A stretch of DNA of 64,000 bases from Leucoraja ocellata (GCA_036785375.1 JAWMAR010000174.1:4960001-5024000), one strand, 5' to 3'. Positions 48,898 to 61,353 are shown, counted from the first letter of the stretch. Numbers and translations are program-made. Notes: generated from the sequence alone by a model not told the origin.

Positions 48898-49439
48898 CTG
48901 CATTAAAGAAAACAACAAGGTCAAATAGCCACCGCCCCAGAGCCGAATCTGCACAGCTTGAACCAATGAGTCTTATTCAGTCTTACAGTAACAAATTAGC
49001 CCAATGCTGCACACATCCACTTGTTCATTTACCATTGTTAGTTTACTTGTTAGCTCTTAATCTTAGTTTTCTTCTTCAAAAAATCTACCACATCAGAATC
49101 ATCCAAATTAAATTACATCTTCCATGTTCCTAACATCTCAGCAATCTACTAAACAAATCCCATTCTCAGTTCTCCCCGCAGTTTGCTAACTTTCTGGGAT
49201 GATACATTGTACAGAAGTTGTCCAGTCCAACACGCCTCCATTGACTTCCGACTAAACTCACAGCCCTTCATATTATTCCTTTTATACATGCTTGACTAAA
49301 TGACTTCCGAATCTATTCCCAGCCTTTGACAAAGGATATTTAAAATCACAATTTTTAAATCCTTGTTTTCCCCTGGCTTACAATTCCCACACCTGTGGAA
49401 CACATAATGCGTGCATTTTCAGCCCGTGCTGCATGTACT

Positions 49440-50257
49440 GATGTGGATAAATGTGAGGTTATCCATTTTGGTGGCAAAAACGGGAAAGCAGACTATTATC
49501 TAAATGATGGCCTATTGGGAAAGGGGGAGATGCAGCGAGACCTGGGTGTCATGGTACACCAGTCATTGAAGGTACACATGCAGGTGCAGCAGGCAGTAAA
49601 GAAAGCGAATGGTATGTTAGCTTTCATTGCAAAAGGATTTGAGTATAGGAGCAGGGAGGTCCTACTGCAGTTGTACAGGGTCTTGGTGAGACCACACCTG
49701 GAGTATTGCGTACAGTTTTGGTCTCCAAATCTGAGGAAGGACATTATTGCCATAGAGGGAGTGCAGAGAAGGTTCACCAGACTGATTCCTGGGATGTCAG
49801 GACTGTCTTATGAAGAAAGACTGGATAGACTTGGTTTATACTCTCTAGAATTTAGGAGATTGAGAGGGGATCTTATAGAAACTTACGAAATTCTTAAGGG
49901 GTTGGACAGGCTAGATGCAGGAAGATTGTTCCCGATGTTAGGGAAGTCCAGGACAAGGGGTCACAGCTTAAGGATAAAGGGGAAATCCTTTAAAACCGAG
50001 ATGAGAAGAACTTTTTTCACGCAGAGAGTGGTGAATCTCTGGAACTCTCTGCCACAGAGGGTAGTTGAGGCCAGTTCATTGGCTATATTTAAGAGGGAGT
50101 TAGATGTGGCCCTTGTGGCTAAGGGGATCAGGGGGTATGGAGAGAAGGCAGGTACGGGATACTGAGTTGGATGATCAGCCATGATCATATTGAATGGCGG
50201 TGCAGGCTCGAAGGGCCGAATGGCCTACTCCTGCACCTAATTTCTATGTTTCTATGT
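49440..50257 (+). mobile_element. Young CR1 LINE 3' portion with uninterrupted ORF2 C-terminus, antisense in SELENOS intron 3
   Basis: KCEVIHFG..RDLGV..RPHLEYCVQFWSP..WNSLP ORF without stops; (TTTCTATG)n tail. Confidence 0.95.
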
Positions 50258-50320
50258 TCAGATCTGTTTGCATGGGCTTTCATTTTACCATCAGGACCAA
50301 ATGATTTGATGCGCCCTTAC

Positions 50321-50427
50321 TTCTTTCTGTTTCTCTTTGTATTTCGCTGCTTGGGAATCCAGTTCTTGCTGCATGCGATGCCGAGCAGCATCCATTGCTT
50401 CCTGCCGTCTCACAATTAATGATGGTT
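50321..50427 (-). CDS. SELENOS: SELENOS exon 3 with p97/VCP-interacting motif (EPSLIVRRQEAMDAARHRMQQELD...KQKE)
   Basis: gtccAG acceptor and GAA|GTAAGG donor, 107 nt; R-x5-AA-x2-R VIM. Confidence 0.95.
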
Positions 50428-51388
50428 CTGGACACAAGGAGAATACATTAATACATTTAAAGAAGCTCCAACCTTAAGCAAAATAGATTTTACCTTTAGG
50501 AATAGGCATAGGAATAGTTCATATCCGATATTATGAAATATAGATCAAATAATTCTTATGAATGCAGAACTAAGACAAACTTAATACATTGACCAGAGAG
50601 AAGACTACATTTCTGTCCAAAGACAATGATTTACTGAGTTTTCTGTTACATCTAGAAGGTGGGTTGTCCACAATGTGAAACTAACAAACCACCATCAAAT
50701 CACAATTGAAGTCCAATGGCATCAAAGTTCAAATGTAAAATTATTCCAAAAACTCTTAAAATATGATGAGAAAATATAGTAGAAATAATAATTTCTAATA
50801 ATATGCTCAACCTTCTCAAATGGATGTCATGAACCCAGCTTGTAGGGATCAGTCTGAAGCGGGATCTATCCATGTTCCCCGTAGATGCTGCCTGACCAGC
50901 TGAGTTACTCCAGCACTATGTGTCCTTTTGTGTGGATCAGTTATCATAATGCAAACCCTCCAGTCCCAGAAACATCCTCATAAAACGACTTTGCACCCTA
51001 CCAATCAACCTGTCTTATCAATGACAAAGCAAATAGAAGTTTGCAGAATGATAAAAAATATACGGTACAAGAAGCCATTCTGACTATCACATCAATGTCT
51101 ACTTCGAGCTTCCAATAAAAGGTCTGTAGCCCCTAATAAACAGATTCAAATCCAGAGCATGAAATAAACTTTAGTCAATCACAAGCCAATCCAGCCCAAG
51201 ATTTATGTAAAAATTAACTGCAGGTGCTGGTTTATACAGAAGATAGACACAGAGTGCTGGAGTAACTCAACGAGTCAGTCAGCATCTCAGAAGAAAAAGG
51301 TTGGTGGCGTTTCAGGTTGGGAGCCGTCTACAAACTATTTTTTTCCTGTCTGAAGAAGGTCCGGACCCCCGACCACCCATTCCTGTTC

Positions 51389-51642
51389 ACGTCACCTATC
51401 CATGTTCTCCACAGATGCTGCCTGACCTGCTGAGTTACTTCAGCACTCTGTGAAACGTCACCCATCCATGTTCTCCACAGATGCTGCCTGACCTGCTGAG
51501 TTACTCCAGCACTCTGTGAAACGTCACCCATCCATGTTCTCCACAGATGCTGCCTGACCTGCTGAGTTACTCCAGCACTCTGTGAAACGTCACCTATCCA
51601 TGTTCTCCACAGATGCTGCCTGACCCGCTGAGTTACTCCAGC
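51389..51642 (+). repeat. 66-bp tandem array (4 copies) of the Penelope terminal-repeat segment
   Basis: Units start at 51389, 51455, 51521 and 51587. Confidence 0.92.
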
Positions 51643-51766
51643 CGAAGATTCCTTGCATTTTGAAATTCAATTCTCACTTGTAGATTACAAATGTATTAAT
51701 TCAATTTAGAATCTGGATAAAAGTTAAAAAATGCCCGTTAAAGTAAAATATTGTAAAATTCTGTAC

Positions 51767-51910
51767 CAAGTTCAGCCTCCGTGGCCTGTGGCTGCTGGCG
51801 GCTCTTCAATCGCATTATGGAACCAATTCTCTGAAGGACAAAGTAGCCAGCCACGCAGCTGAAGAAGATGTACCAGCCATATTCTGAAAGGATGTGGAGC
51901 AACTGTGTCA
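51767..51910 (-). CDS. SELENOS: SELENOS exon 2 with transmembrane helix (VTQLLHILSEYGWYIFFSCVAGYFVLQ...EAEL)
   Basis: tttcAG acceptor and G|GTACAG donor; YGWYI motif. Confidence 0.94.
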
Positions 51911-52029
51911 CTGAAAGGGAAACAGAAACAAATGCTGACATTTTACCCACACATGAATATTGTCTAGACAGCTAAAACACCTCAGGTAGGTTGGCCTGAT
52001 ACAAGGAGTAGCTGGGGAACAAATTGGAG

Positions 52030-52640
52030 TTATGGAGTCTATGTGATACAATGTGGAAACTGGCCCTTCGGCTCAACTTGCACACACCGGCCAAAATGTC
52101 CCAGCTACACTAGTCCCACTTGCCCGTGCTTGGCCCGTATCCCTCTGAACCCGTCCTATCCATGTACTTGTCTAACTGTTTCTTAAATGTTGGGATAGTC
52201 CCAGCCTCAACTACCTTCTCTGGCAGCTTGTTCCATACACCCACCACCCTTTGTGTGAAAACGTTACCCCTCAGATTCTTATTAAATCTTTTCTTCTTCG
52301 CCTTGAACCTAAGCCCTCTATTCCCCTACTCTGGGCAAGAGATTCTGTGCATCTATCCGATCAATTCATCTCATGATTTTATACACCTCTATAAGATCAC
52401 CCCTCCTCGACTTGCGCTCCAAGGAATAGAGACCTAGCCTACTCAACCTCTCCCTATAGCTCACACCCTCTAGTCCTGGCAACATCCTTGTAAACTTTCT
52501 CTGAACCCTTTCCAGCTTGACAACATCTTTCTATAACGGTGCCCAGAACTGATCACAATATTCTAAATGCGTTCTCACGAACGTCTTATACAATTGCAAC
52601 ATGACCTTTCCAACTTCTATAATCAATACTCTGACTGACG
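52030..52640 (-). mobile_element. CR1 3' fragment (same subfamily as 22460-23550 and 47950-48260)
   Basis: Shared sequence with those copies. Confidence 0.85.
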
Positions 52641-53984
52641 ATGTCCCTGCCCAAACTTCACCAGGTGACCCCATGGGTATGGAATGAAAATAGGTTCAGT
52701 CTCTTACGGTGTACAGAGATTTCCATCTGTGGAAAGTATTCTGCCCTGCTTGTCTAGTTAGGTCAGAATGGAGTGTTCAGAAAACGTCTACAGATTTATC
52801 AGACAACTACAGGCCAATCAGTTTCTCAGTTGTGGAACAGCTTTTAATGACAATTATCAGAGAAAATATTAATAGGCACTTGGTAAAGGTTCATTTGATA
52901 AAGAGGACCCCGATATAATAAAGAACAATCATGTTTAACTGACCTGACTGAATGTTTTTTGGTGAGATAACAAAGGAAGCTTAAAGAATTGTGTAAGATG
53001 TTGACCACATGAATTTTCAGAAGGCCCGTTAGCCCCATGGAATTACAGGATCTATCACAGCATGGTTAGGAAAGTCAGATGGAGTGTGGTGTAAAATGGC
53101 TGTTTCTCAGATATTGGCACCTCCAAGGAGTCAATGCTGGAAGTTTTTTTTAATATTTTAATGATTAAGGGGTTGTGTTACAGGGATAGGCTGGGACTTT
53201 TGTCTGAGGAGTATTGAAGGCTCAGGTGTGACCTAGTGGAAGTGTACAAATTCATGAGGAGCATGGATAATGTAAACAGGGCCAAGGGAAATGGGACTGC
53301 AGGGACTCAGGACCTTACGGGACAACGCAACCCTATTCGGCCCTTCAAACTTGGGCTAGCCAAACACAGGATATAGCTTAATCCCATTTAGTTAACCAGT
53401 GCTACCGATGAAGCAACTTAAAGGTACTTATCCAGGAACTGCTTCAAAGTGGACACAAGAGACTGCAGATGCTTGAATCTGGAGCAAAAAAAGAAAACTT
53501 CTGGAGGCACAGCAAATTTCTTTCCCCCTGCGGATACTGCTCAACCCACTGAATTTATCTAGCAGTTTGCTTATTAATACTTAAATGCCATGCTTCCATC
53601 AACTTCACAGGCAGTTGAGTAAAATAATTATTTCTCAATTCCCTCGAACTCTTCAACAATTATCTTCACCCTCGGTGACCAACAGAAGGTTGACCGGCCC
53701 AAGGTTCCTCAGGCTGGTGCTTTCTCCCTTTTCAAACTACGGCACACCAGCAGTTTCCAGTTGGCTGACACCAACCTATCTGTGCCTTGAAAATACCACA
53801 AATCTGGTACAATTTCCTCCTGTGGTTCACTTAAGCATTTAAAATACACCTGAGCCACTCTGTAAAGTTGACAATCCTTTTTAATTATCCTTATTTAGCA
53901 TTTCCAGTGGTGTCACCTTTTCCATACGTATAATATTTCTCCCATTAAAAGATGAAATACATTTGTTCAAAACTATAGGAATTA

Positions 53985-55088
53985 ACTGGTCCGTTTCAGA
54001 ATGGCCGGCAGTGACCAGTAGGGTGCCGCAAAACTTAAAGCTGGGACCCCAGTTATTTACAATATATTATCGATCTAGACGAAGGAATTAAATGTAACAT
54101 CTCCATTTGTGAATGACACAAAGCTTGGTGGCAGCGTGAGCTGCAAGGAGGATACTATGAGGCTGCAGGGTGACTTGGATAAATTGGATGACTGGGCAGA
54201 TGCAGTATAACAATGTGAATAAATGTGAGGTTATCTACTTTGCTGGCAAGAACAAGAATGCAGATTATTATCTGAATGGTAGACAAAAGTCTATGGTGTC
54301 AGATTAGGAAAAGGGGAAGTACAACGAGACCTGAGTGTCCTTGTACATGAGTCACTGAAAGTAAGCATGCAGGGTCAGTAGGCAGTAAAGAAAGCTAATG
54401 ACATGTTGGCCTTCAATTCAGAGGGGATTTGAATATAGGAGCAAAGAGGTCCTACTGCAGTTGTACAGGGTCCTGGTGAGACCACACCTGGAGTATTGTG
54501 TGCAGTTTTTGGTCTCCTAATTTGAAGAAGGACATTCCTGCTATTGAGGGAGTGCAGTTTAGGTTCACCAGATTAATTCCCGGGATGACGTGACAGGGAT
54601 ATACAATATGATAGAACTTTATTTATCCCAGGAGGGAAATTGATCGAAAGAATTAAATAAATTATGATAAAAGAATGGATTGAATAGGCTTATATTCACT
54701 GGAATTTTGAAGGATGAGAAGGGATATTATAGAAATATGTAAAATTATTAAGGGATTATACAGGTTAGATGCAGGAAAAATGTTCTCGATGTTGGAGGAG
54801 TCCAGATCCAGGGGTCATAGTTTACAAATAAGGGTTTAGGACTGAGATGAGGAAAGACCTTTTCACCCAGAGTTGTGAATCTGTGGAATTCTCTGCCACA
54901 GAAGGCAGTGGAGGCCAATTCACTGGATGTATTCAAGAGAGTTGGATATTGCTCCTAGCGAAACAGAATCAAAGGTTATGGAGAGAAAGCAGAATCTACT
55001 GATTCTGGATGATCAGCCATGATCACAATGAATGGTGGTGCTGGCTCAAAGGGCTGAATGGCCTACTCCTGCACCTATTTTCTATGTT
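53985..55088 (+). mobile_element. Degraded CR1 ORF2 and 3'UTR
   Basis: Collinear with the 49440 copy but frameshifted; CR1 tail at 55000-55088. Confidence 0.9.
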
Positions 55089-55929
55089 TCCAAAACTGCA
55101 GATGCTGAAGATATACAAATTGTGCACAAACTTAGCAGGTGTAGCCAGGCAGGCAAGTCTCACATTAACAACTCATTACACAGACCATGAAACCTAATGT
55201 GGCAGTAATTACTACTAGTAAGCCATTTTCACTCATTGTATCACATTTGTTCTACCCATCTCTCCCTGACCTCCCCTCCTACTGAAAATCAGTGTGTATT
55301 TTCCCTTTCCAGTCCAGACGCAAAATGTTGATGGTTTCTCTTCTCACAGATGCTGCTAGACCTGCTGAATTGTTAGAAAAATTTCCTGCTTTTGTTCAAA
55401 TCTGTACATTAAGCACCTTCAGATTTACCTTGATTTTACTAGCAATTATTTTTGATGCAGCTTTTTTGCTATTAATTTCCTTGTTAATTGCATCCCTGCA
55501 CCTGCTTTATTCCTTCAAGCTATGATACAGAAGGAAGCCAAATAGTCTATATTGGTTTGTAGTTAAACATTCTAAGGCAATTTAGATTTTTGTTTCACAG
55601 AGTAAAAGGATAAGAATGCAAATGAAACGAGGTAAGGGGGAAATTCAAAGAAAATGGTTTTAGCTCAAAATTTCTCACTGCAACTCCCCCTCCGGCACCA
55701 ATCTCCTCCTCCCTCCACAATCTCTCCTCTCCTCTCCACCACCCCCTCCCCCTCTCAGACTGGAGCCCAGCTCTCCCCGCACTCACCCTCTCTCACCCTC
55801 ACACCTGACCCTCACTCACTCCCCCCCCCCCCCACTCTCTCCCCACGCACCTGCCCCCACTCCGTCTCCCCCCCTCTCTCTCCCCCCTTCCCCTACTCTA
55901 CCAGTCTCCCCATCCCCCAAACTGTAAGC

Positions 55930-57300
55930 CCTCCACCACCTGCCATTACCACCGGCCCCTCGGCCTCCCCCACTGTACACCAGCGTACCCCCCCCGTACA
56001 CGTGTACCCCACGCTATAGCCCACGCTGTACCCCACGCTGTACCCCACGCTGTACCCCACGCTGTACCCCACGCTATACACCAGTGTACCCCACACTGTA
56101 CACCAGTCTACACTGTATACACCGTACCCCACTCTCCCCCCACACTGTACACCAGTGTACCCCACTCTACACTATACACACTCTATACCACTATCGGCCC
56201 CACACTGAACCCCAGTGTACCCCACACACTCTACACCGGTCTACACCACTATACACACACTATCTACCCACACACTACACCAGTCTACACTACACACATA
56301 TACACACACTATCTACACTGAACCACCTGCTGTCACCGCCGGCCCCTCGGCCTCCCCCACTGTACACCAGCGTACCCCCCCTGTACACGTGTACCCCACG
56401 CTATAGCCCACGCTGTACACCAGTCTACACTGTATACACCGTACCCCACTCTCCCCCCACACTATACACCAGTGTACCCCACATTATACACCACTCTACA
56501 CTATACACACTCTATACCACTATCGGCCCCACACTGAACCCCAGTGTACCCCACACTCTACACCACTATACACAAGTCTACACTATATATACACACACTC
56601 TATACCACTATCGGCCCCACACTGAACCACAGTGTACCCCACACTCTACACCAGTCCACACTATACATACACACACTCTACACATATACACACACTCTAC
56701 ACTACACACTCTACACAATCTACACTGAACCCCAGTGTACCCCACACTCTACACCCCACATACACACACTATCTACCCCACACTACACCACTATACACAC
56801 TATCTACCCTACTATCTACACTGAACCCCAGTGTACCCCACACTACACACTATCTACCCCACACACTCTACACCGGTCTACACCACTATATACCACACAT
56901 ACACTCTACACTACACACTCTACACTGAACCCCAGTGTACCCCACACTCTACACTACACACTCTACCCCACACTATATACACACACTGTCTACACAATCT
57001 ACACTGAACCCCAGTGTACCCCACACTACACCACATATACACACACTATCTACCCCACACACTCTACACATACACACACTATCTACCCCACACTCTACAC
57101 CACTATACACACATATACCCCACACTCTACACTACACACATCTACCCCACAATCTACACTGAACCCCAGTGTACCCCACACTACACCACTATACACACTA
57201 TCTACCCCACACACTCTACACCGGTCTACACCACTATACACACACTATCTACACCAGTCTACACTACACACATATACACACACTGTCTACACTGAACCAC
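55930..57300. repeat. Complex CA-rich satellite (ACTGAACCCCAGTGTACCCCACAC-based) at the start of SELENOS intron 1
   Basis: Mosaic tandem units; source of His/Thr/Tyr-rich spurious ORFs. Confidence 0.9.
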
Positions 57301-57334
57301 CTGCTGTCACCGCCGGCCCCTCGCGCTCCTCCAT
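57301..57334 (-). CDS. SELENOS: Probable SELENOS exon 1 CDS (MEEREGPAVTA + G)
   Basis: ACGATGG Kozak ATG next to a CpG-rich promoter; phase-1 donor CAG|GTGGTT (weak) fits exon 2; total 174 aa with Sec at 173. Confidence 0.72.
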
Positions 57335-57420
57335 CGTTTCACTTCCGACTGATCCGTTGGTCACGTGACATCCGGGACCGCTCGACCAATCAGAGCAGCG
57401 ACTGACGTGGCAAATCAGGA
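57335..57420 (-). promoter_or_regulatory. SELENOS proximal promoter/5'UTR: ETS ACTTCCG, palindromic E-box GTCACGTGAC (57360-57369), CCAAT (57386-57390), UPRE TGACGTGGCA (57403-57412)
   Basis: Motifs read directly within 80 nt of the ATG. Confidence 0.75.
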
Positions 57421-57498
57421 CCTGCATCCGCGTTTAAAAGGGTAACGCCGGCGGCGCCGGTGGGGTGGGGCCCACAGCAGGAGCTAAAGGCTGTTTGT

Positions 57499-57590
57499 TG
57501 ATGGGGGTTTCGGCCCGAAACGTCGCCTATTTCCTTCGCTCCGTGGATGCTGCTGCACCCGCTGAGTTTCTCCAGCTTTTTTGTGTACCT
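57499..57590 (+). mobile_element. Penelope-derived repeat, GGGT-TTCG-GCCC subfamily
   Basis: Matches 60368-60460. Confidence 0.7.
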
Positions 57591-57952
57591 GTTGATGGAA
57601 CATCTGGCTCTGGCTACTGGACATAAGGGCCCGTTTCGCACCACAGACTGTGCTGGATCATGTCTGATCCCCCTGGATTTTCACAGCAGGTGTTGCAGTA
57701 TAATTGTCACTCCATCCGGACTCTATCCCAACCGAGATTCTGTTTCCTTTCCAACTCCAATCCTCCTGTACAACTAATCACAGAATCATGCATGCCCATC
57801 ATGTCTTTAGTTTAGAAATACAGCATGGAAACAGGCCCTTCAAGTCAAGAGTTTATTGTCATGTGTCCCAGATAGAACAATGAAATTCTTGCTTGCTGCA
57901 GCACAACAGAATATTGTACGCATAAATGCAGATCAGTGTGTCCATTTACCAT

Positions 57953-57953
57953 A

Positions 57954-57990
<37 letters not shown>

Positions 57991-57996
57991 TATATA
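57953..57996. repeat. (TG)n(TA)n microsatellite
   Basis: Read directly. Confidence 0.9.
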
Positions 57997-59572
57997 AAAG
58001 TCTGTGGCTGCCGGCTGCCTTTCTTCCTTTTGATTCGTTTCCATCGTGTGATGTTACAATGCCCAATGCTCACTGATGTCCAATCGGACTTTCTTCCTTT
58101 GATTCCCTGCAACTCCGAAACCAGACGCAGAATCGCCGACATCTTTTCCATTTCGGTAGAGATTTCACTTTTCTTTCTAAGTATCCGCTCCTCATTACAT
58201 TTCGTCGTGTTTAAGTACACGTTTTTATCTTATTCTTACTCTAAAGACTGTGTGGATCTGGATGTACTACTTTAGGTAGAACATCACTCAGCATTATGAC
58301 AGTGGTGGACGTGCTAGTGGAGATGGAGAGTGGTCAATGTTGATACCTTCTTTACATACAGCTAAATCATTGACATAAACCACAAATATACCACACCTTG
58401 CAAAAACCTTCGCGGAGCCCGATTGCAAACATTTCTCCAGGCTCTAACCTCTGCTTTTCAAGCAGCAATGGCCACACTGGAGTCAGTAGGAATCAAGGGG
58501 TAATCCCTCCATGGAATCACACATAGCACAAAGGAAGGCAGTTGTGATGGATGGTCAATCATCTCAGCCACAGGCTTCTTGTTAGGAGTTCCTCTGGGTC
58601 GTGTCCTTCATCAATGAACTCGGTTCAGAAATGGGAATGTTCATTGATAATTGCACAATGTTCCACTCCAGCCGAGACTTCTCAGATAATGAAGCAATGT
58701 AATAATGGTTGGACTCAATGCGCCACAGGGCACCTTGTTACCTTGCTACCACTGATGTTACATACACTGGCCTCCTCTGCCCTCTGTTGAAACTCAGGTT
58801 ATATGCACACATTCTATGTTTACACAATTCATTGACAACCCGACTCCAGCAATTCAAATAGCACATCAGAGAGCGATGCCTTCAGAACAAAACACATCAA
58901 CCTTCCTCCTTCCTAACAAAAGATTATTAGCCTGCTAATTTATTTCTCTCTCTCTCTCTCTCTCTCTGTGCAGAAACTGACTCTGACTTGCCGAGCTCCT
59001 TCAGCTTCCTTGACTTTTGTGCCATGGTTAAGCTTTGGTGCCAATTACACTCTGCTCCTTGGCATTAGGCCCATCAAGGTACCCCTCACGATGAGAACAG
59101 AGCACGAAACTGGATAGAAGCTCTCATCCCTCCCCCACTGATGAGTTCCGATGGGTTACTTATTAAAGAGACGGGGAAGGTGATGCCTTTATCTTCTTCC
59201 TGCGTCAACCTGAGGATCAAGGATGATTGGGTTCTGTGGGTTGCGAGGTGATTGGTGGGACCTGCACTCTCCCAGAGGGGACAGACAGGTTGTGCCTGAT
59301 GGGATGAGTGGCAGGTCCTTTCCTTCCATTGTCCATCTGCTCCTGACACAGGATGTTCTCAATGCATCTTGAATGCTGCTCCTCCACTCCAACAGTTACT
59401 CTGCTCTGCATGGACCTTGCTTTCCACCTCCCATCCCAGGCTCTGTACCTAACAAAAGCCTCTCGTCTCAAATACTTTGAGAAGGTGACCTACTAGAATC
59501 AGCAACCATCCCGCTTGACCTGAATATTTACATCTTTGTGAAAGTAAAAACTGACAATTACCTCAAAAAATG

Positions 59573-59578
59573 TTTATT
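59573..59578 (-). terminator. Probable SNRPA1 polyadenylation signal AATAAA
   Basis: About 305 nt downstream of the stop. Confidence 0.7.
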
Positions 59579-59882
59579 ATCAAAATCCTGACAAGCAAAA
59601 CATATACAGCCTGAACATGATAATTGAAGTGAATGATACTTGGTTAGAGTGAAAACACAAACCAATCTTTTCTGCAGTGAGGTCTGACTTGGACAATAAG
59701 TTGTTCCTGAGCAGTATTCCATTGGGTGATAACAGGACATTGCAGTTTCCAGGTGATCAGAGCCTGCCCATAGACAAAACCACACACAAGCACAATGCTC
59801 ATCACTTCACTAAATTCAAGGTTCATCTCCAAAGCGGAGACCACCCAACAAAGAACTTTAACATAAACACATTAGGGAAGCA

Positions 59883-59944
59883 TTAGTTGCCGTTGGTTAC
59901 AGAATCCGCCTCCATATCTTCTTCCTCAACTTCATCTGTAGCGC
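59883..59944 (-). CDS. SNRPA1: SNRPA1 (U2 snRNP A') last coding exon (GATDEVEEEDMEADSVTNGN*)
   Basis: tttacAG acceptor; matches recalled PTDDGEEEMEEDTVTNGS*. Confidence 0.92.
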
Positions 59945-60355
59945 CTGTAAAAACATAAATGTCTGACATCTTAAACTTGCTACTCTTTTTATTCAAAGAT
60001 TAAAAGATTGACAATTGTTAATAAAATAGTTTCACAAGGATGTTGAGGGTTGCTTTAACCAGTACTGTAACGGAGCTCAGTATTACATTATCAATTAGTA
60101 ACAGTACCTGGGCTGCACAGTTCACTCAGATAGTGTTTACTACCAGTCAGCGTGTAGTGACAGCAGTGGAGAGATAATAATGTTTGTTGACATAATGGAA
60201 AAAGTTCTGCCTTGCTTTATAGAAAGGGGAGATCGGCAGAGATCTGGGCAAATAAAAAAGGAACTAAACCAAACAAGTGTAGAATTGCAAAAAAATTATA
60301 ACAGAGCCATTCAGCCATTATATTCATGCCAAATGAAAAAGAACTGCCAAACATA

Positions 60356-60472
60356 ATCTCACTATCCTTAAAGAAGGGTTTCGGCCCGAAACGTTGCCTA
60401 TTTCCTTCGCTCCATAGATTCTGCTGCATCCGCTGAGTTTCTCCAGCATTTTTGTGTACCATCTCACTATCC
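60356..60472 (+). mobile_element. Short Penelope-derived insertion with 12-bp TSD ATCTCACTATCC
   Basis: TSD at 60356-60367 and 60461-60472. Confidence 0.78.
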
Positions 60473-60777
60473 ATCACTAGTTAGGCCTTTTCATGTACAA
60501 TTCCAAGTTTTATTTAAAATGTGGGGTTGTGTCTCTATTCACCTTCCAGGCTCACACCCAGCTATAAAGCTTTCACTTTTCAACAGATTCTAAATTGTCT
60601 GATTTTTTAGCCTTCTGCAAAAAGGTGTTCTCTAATTACAGTATCTAGATCCTTCATAATATTTTACACCCCAATTAAATCTTCCAGTCTCTTATGTTCT
60701 GATAGAAACAGCCTCTCCAATCAATAAAATGGGGGCTCAATCCATGGGAGCTCAGAAATGAACACACTGGACAAATG

Positions 60778-61130
60778 TTAATCTGATCAAAGATTGACAC
60801 AAAATGCTGGAATAATTCGGCAGGTCAGGCAGCATTTCTGGAGAAAATGAATAGATTATTTTTTGGGTCAAGACCCTTCATCAGACAGAGTCAGGGAGGG
60901 GGACACTGGAGGTTTGGTTTAATCTGATCAGTCTAGAAAAGGGAAGGCAGAGTTTTCTCTGATCTTACATACTCTGCTTGTTCCTTTTTGAATCTCGAGG
61001 GGGATAGGAAATATAGTAGCTCTGAAGAAGGGTCTCGACCCAAAAATGTCACCCATTCCTTCTCTCCAGAGTTGCCGCCTGTCCCGCTGAGTTACTCCAG
61101 TATTTTGTGTCTACCACAAGGAATATAGTT
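60778..61130. mobile_element. Two further Penelope-derived repeats (minus 60790-60918 with TSD TTAATCTGATCA; plus 61021-61113)
   Basis: Family sequence with mutated hammerhead cores and flanking direct repeats. Confidence 0.7.
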
Positions 61131-61259
61131 TTGTGAAGCAGAAGGACGCGAAGTATGCAACAAAACTGCTAAATGCATTATCGGCAGATTGGGCTTTGTG
61201 GAGAACAGGACTTTCCTTGCTTTGGACCATTTGATTTTATGTTCATGCTCTCAACTCAC

Positions 61260-61353
61260 CAGTCTTCCTGTCTCTGCCTGGGATTTGCCCAGCCTGCAAC
61301 ATTCCTTTCAATTTCTCCACCTCAGCCAGGGTTGATGCATTGGCAATCGCATT
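61260..61353 (-). CDS. SNRPA1: SNRPA1 exon (NAIANASTLAEVEKLKGMLQAGQIPGRDRKT)
   Basis: ttgcAG acceptor and G|GTGAGT donor; near-identical to recalled U2A'. Confidence 0.96.

Noticed and set aside
49395-50165. 256-aa ORF as a host or domesticated gene
   Set aside because: It is the C-terminus of CR1 ORF2 with near-identical copies elsewhere; the start is a GTG in flanking DNA.
56084-57405. His/Thr/Tyr-rich ORFs up to 274 aa
   Set aside because: Translations of the CA-rich satellite.
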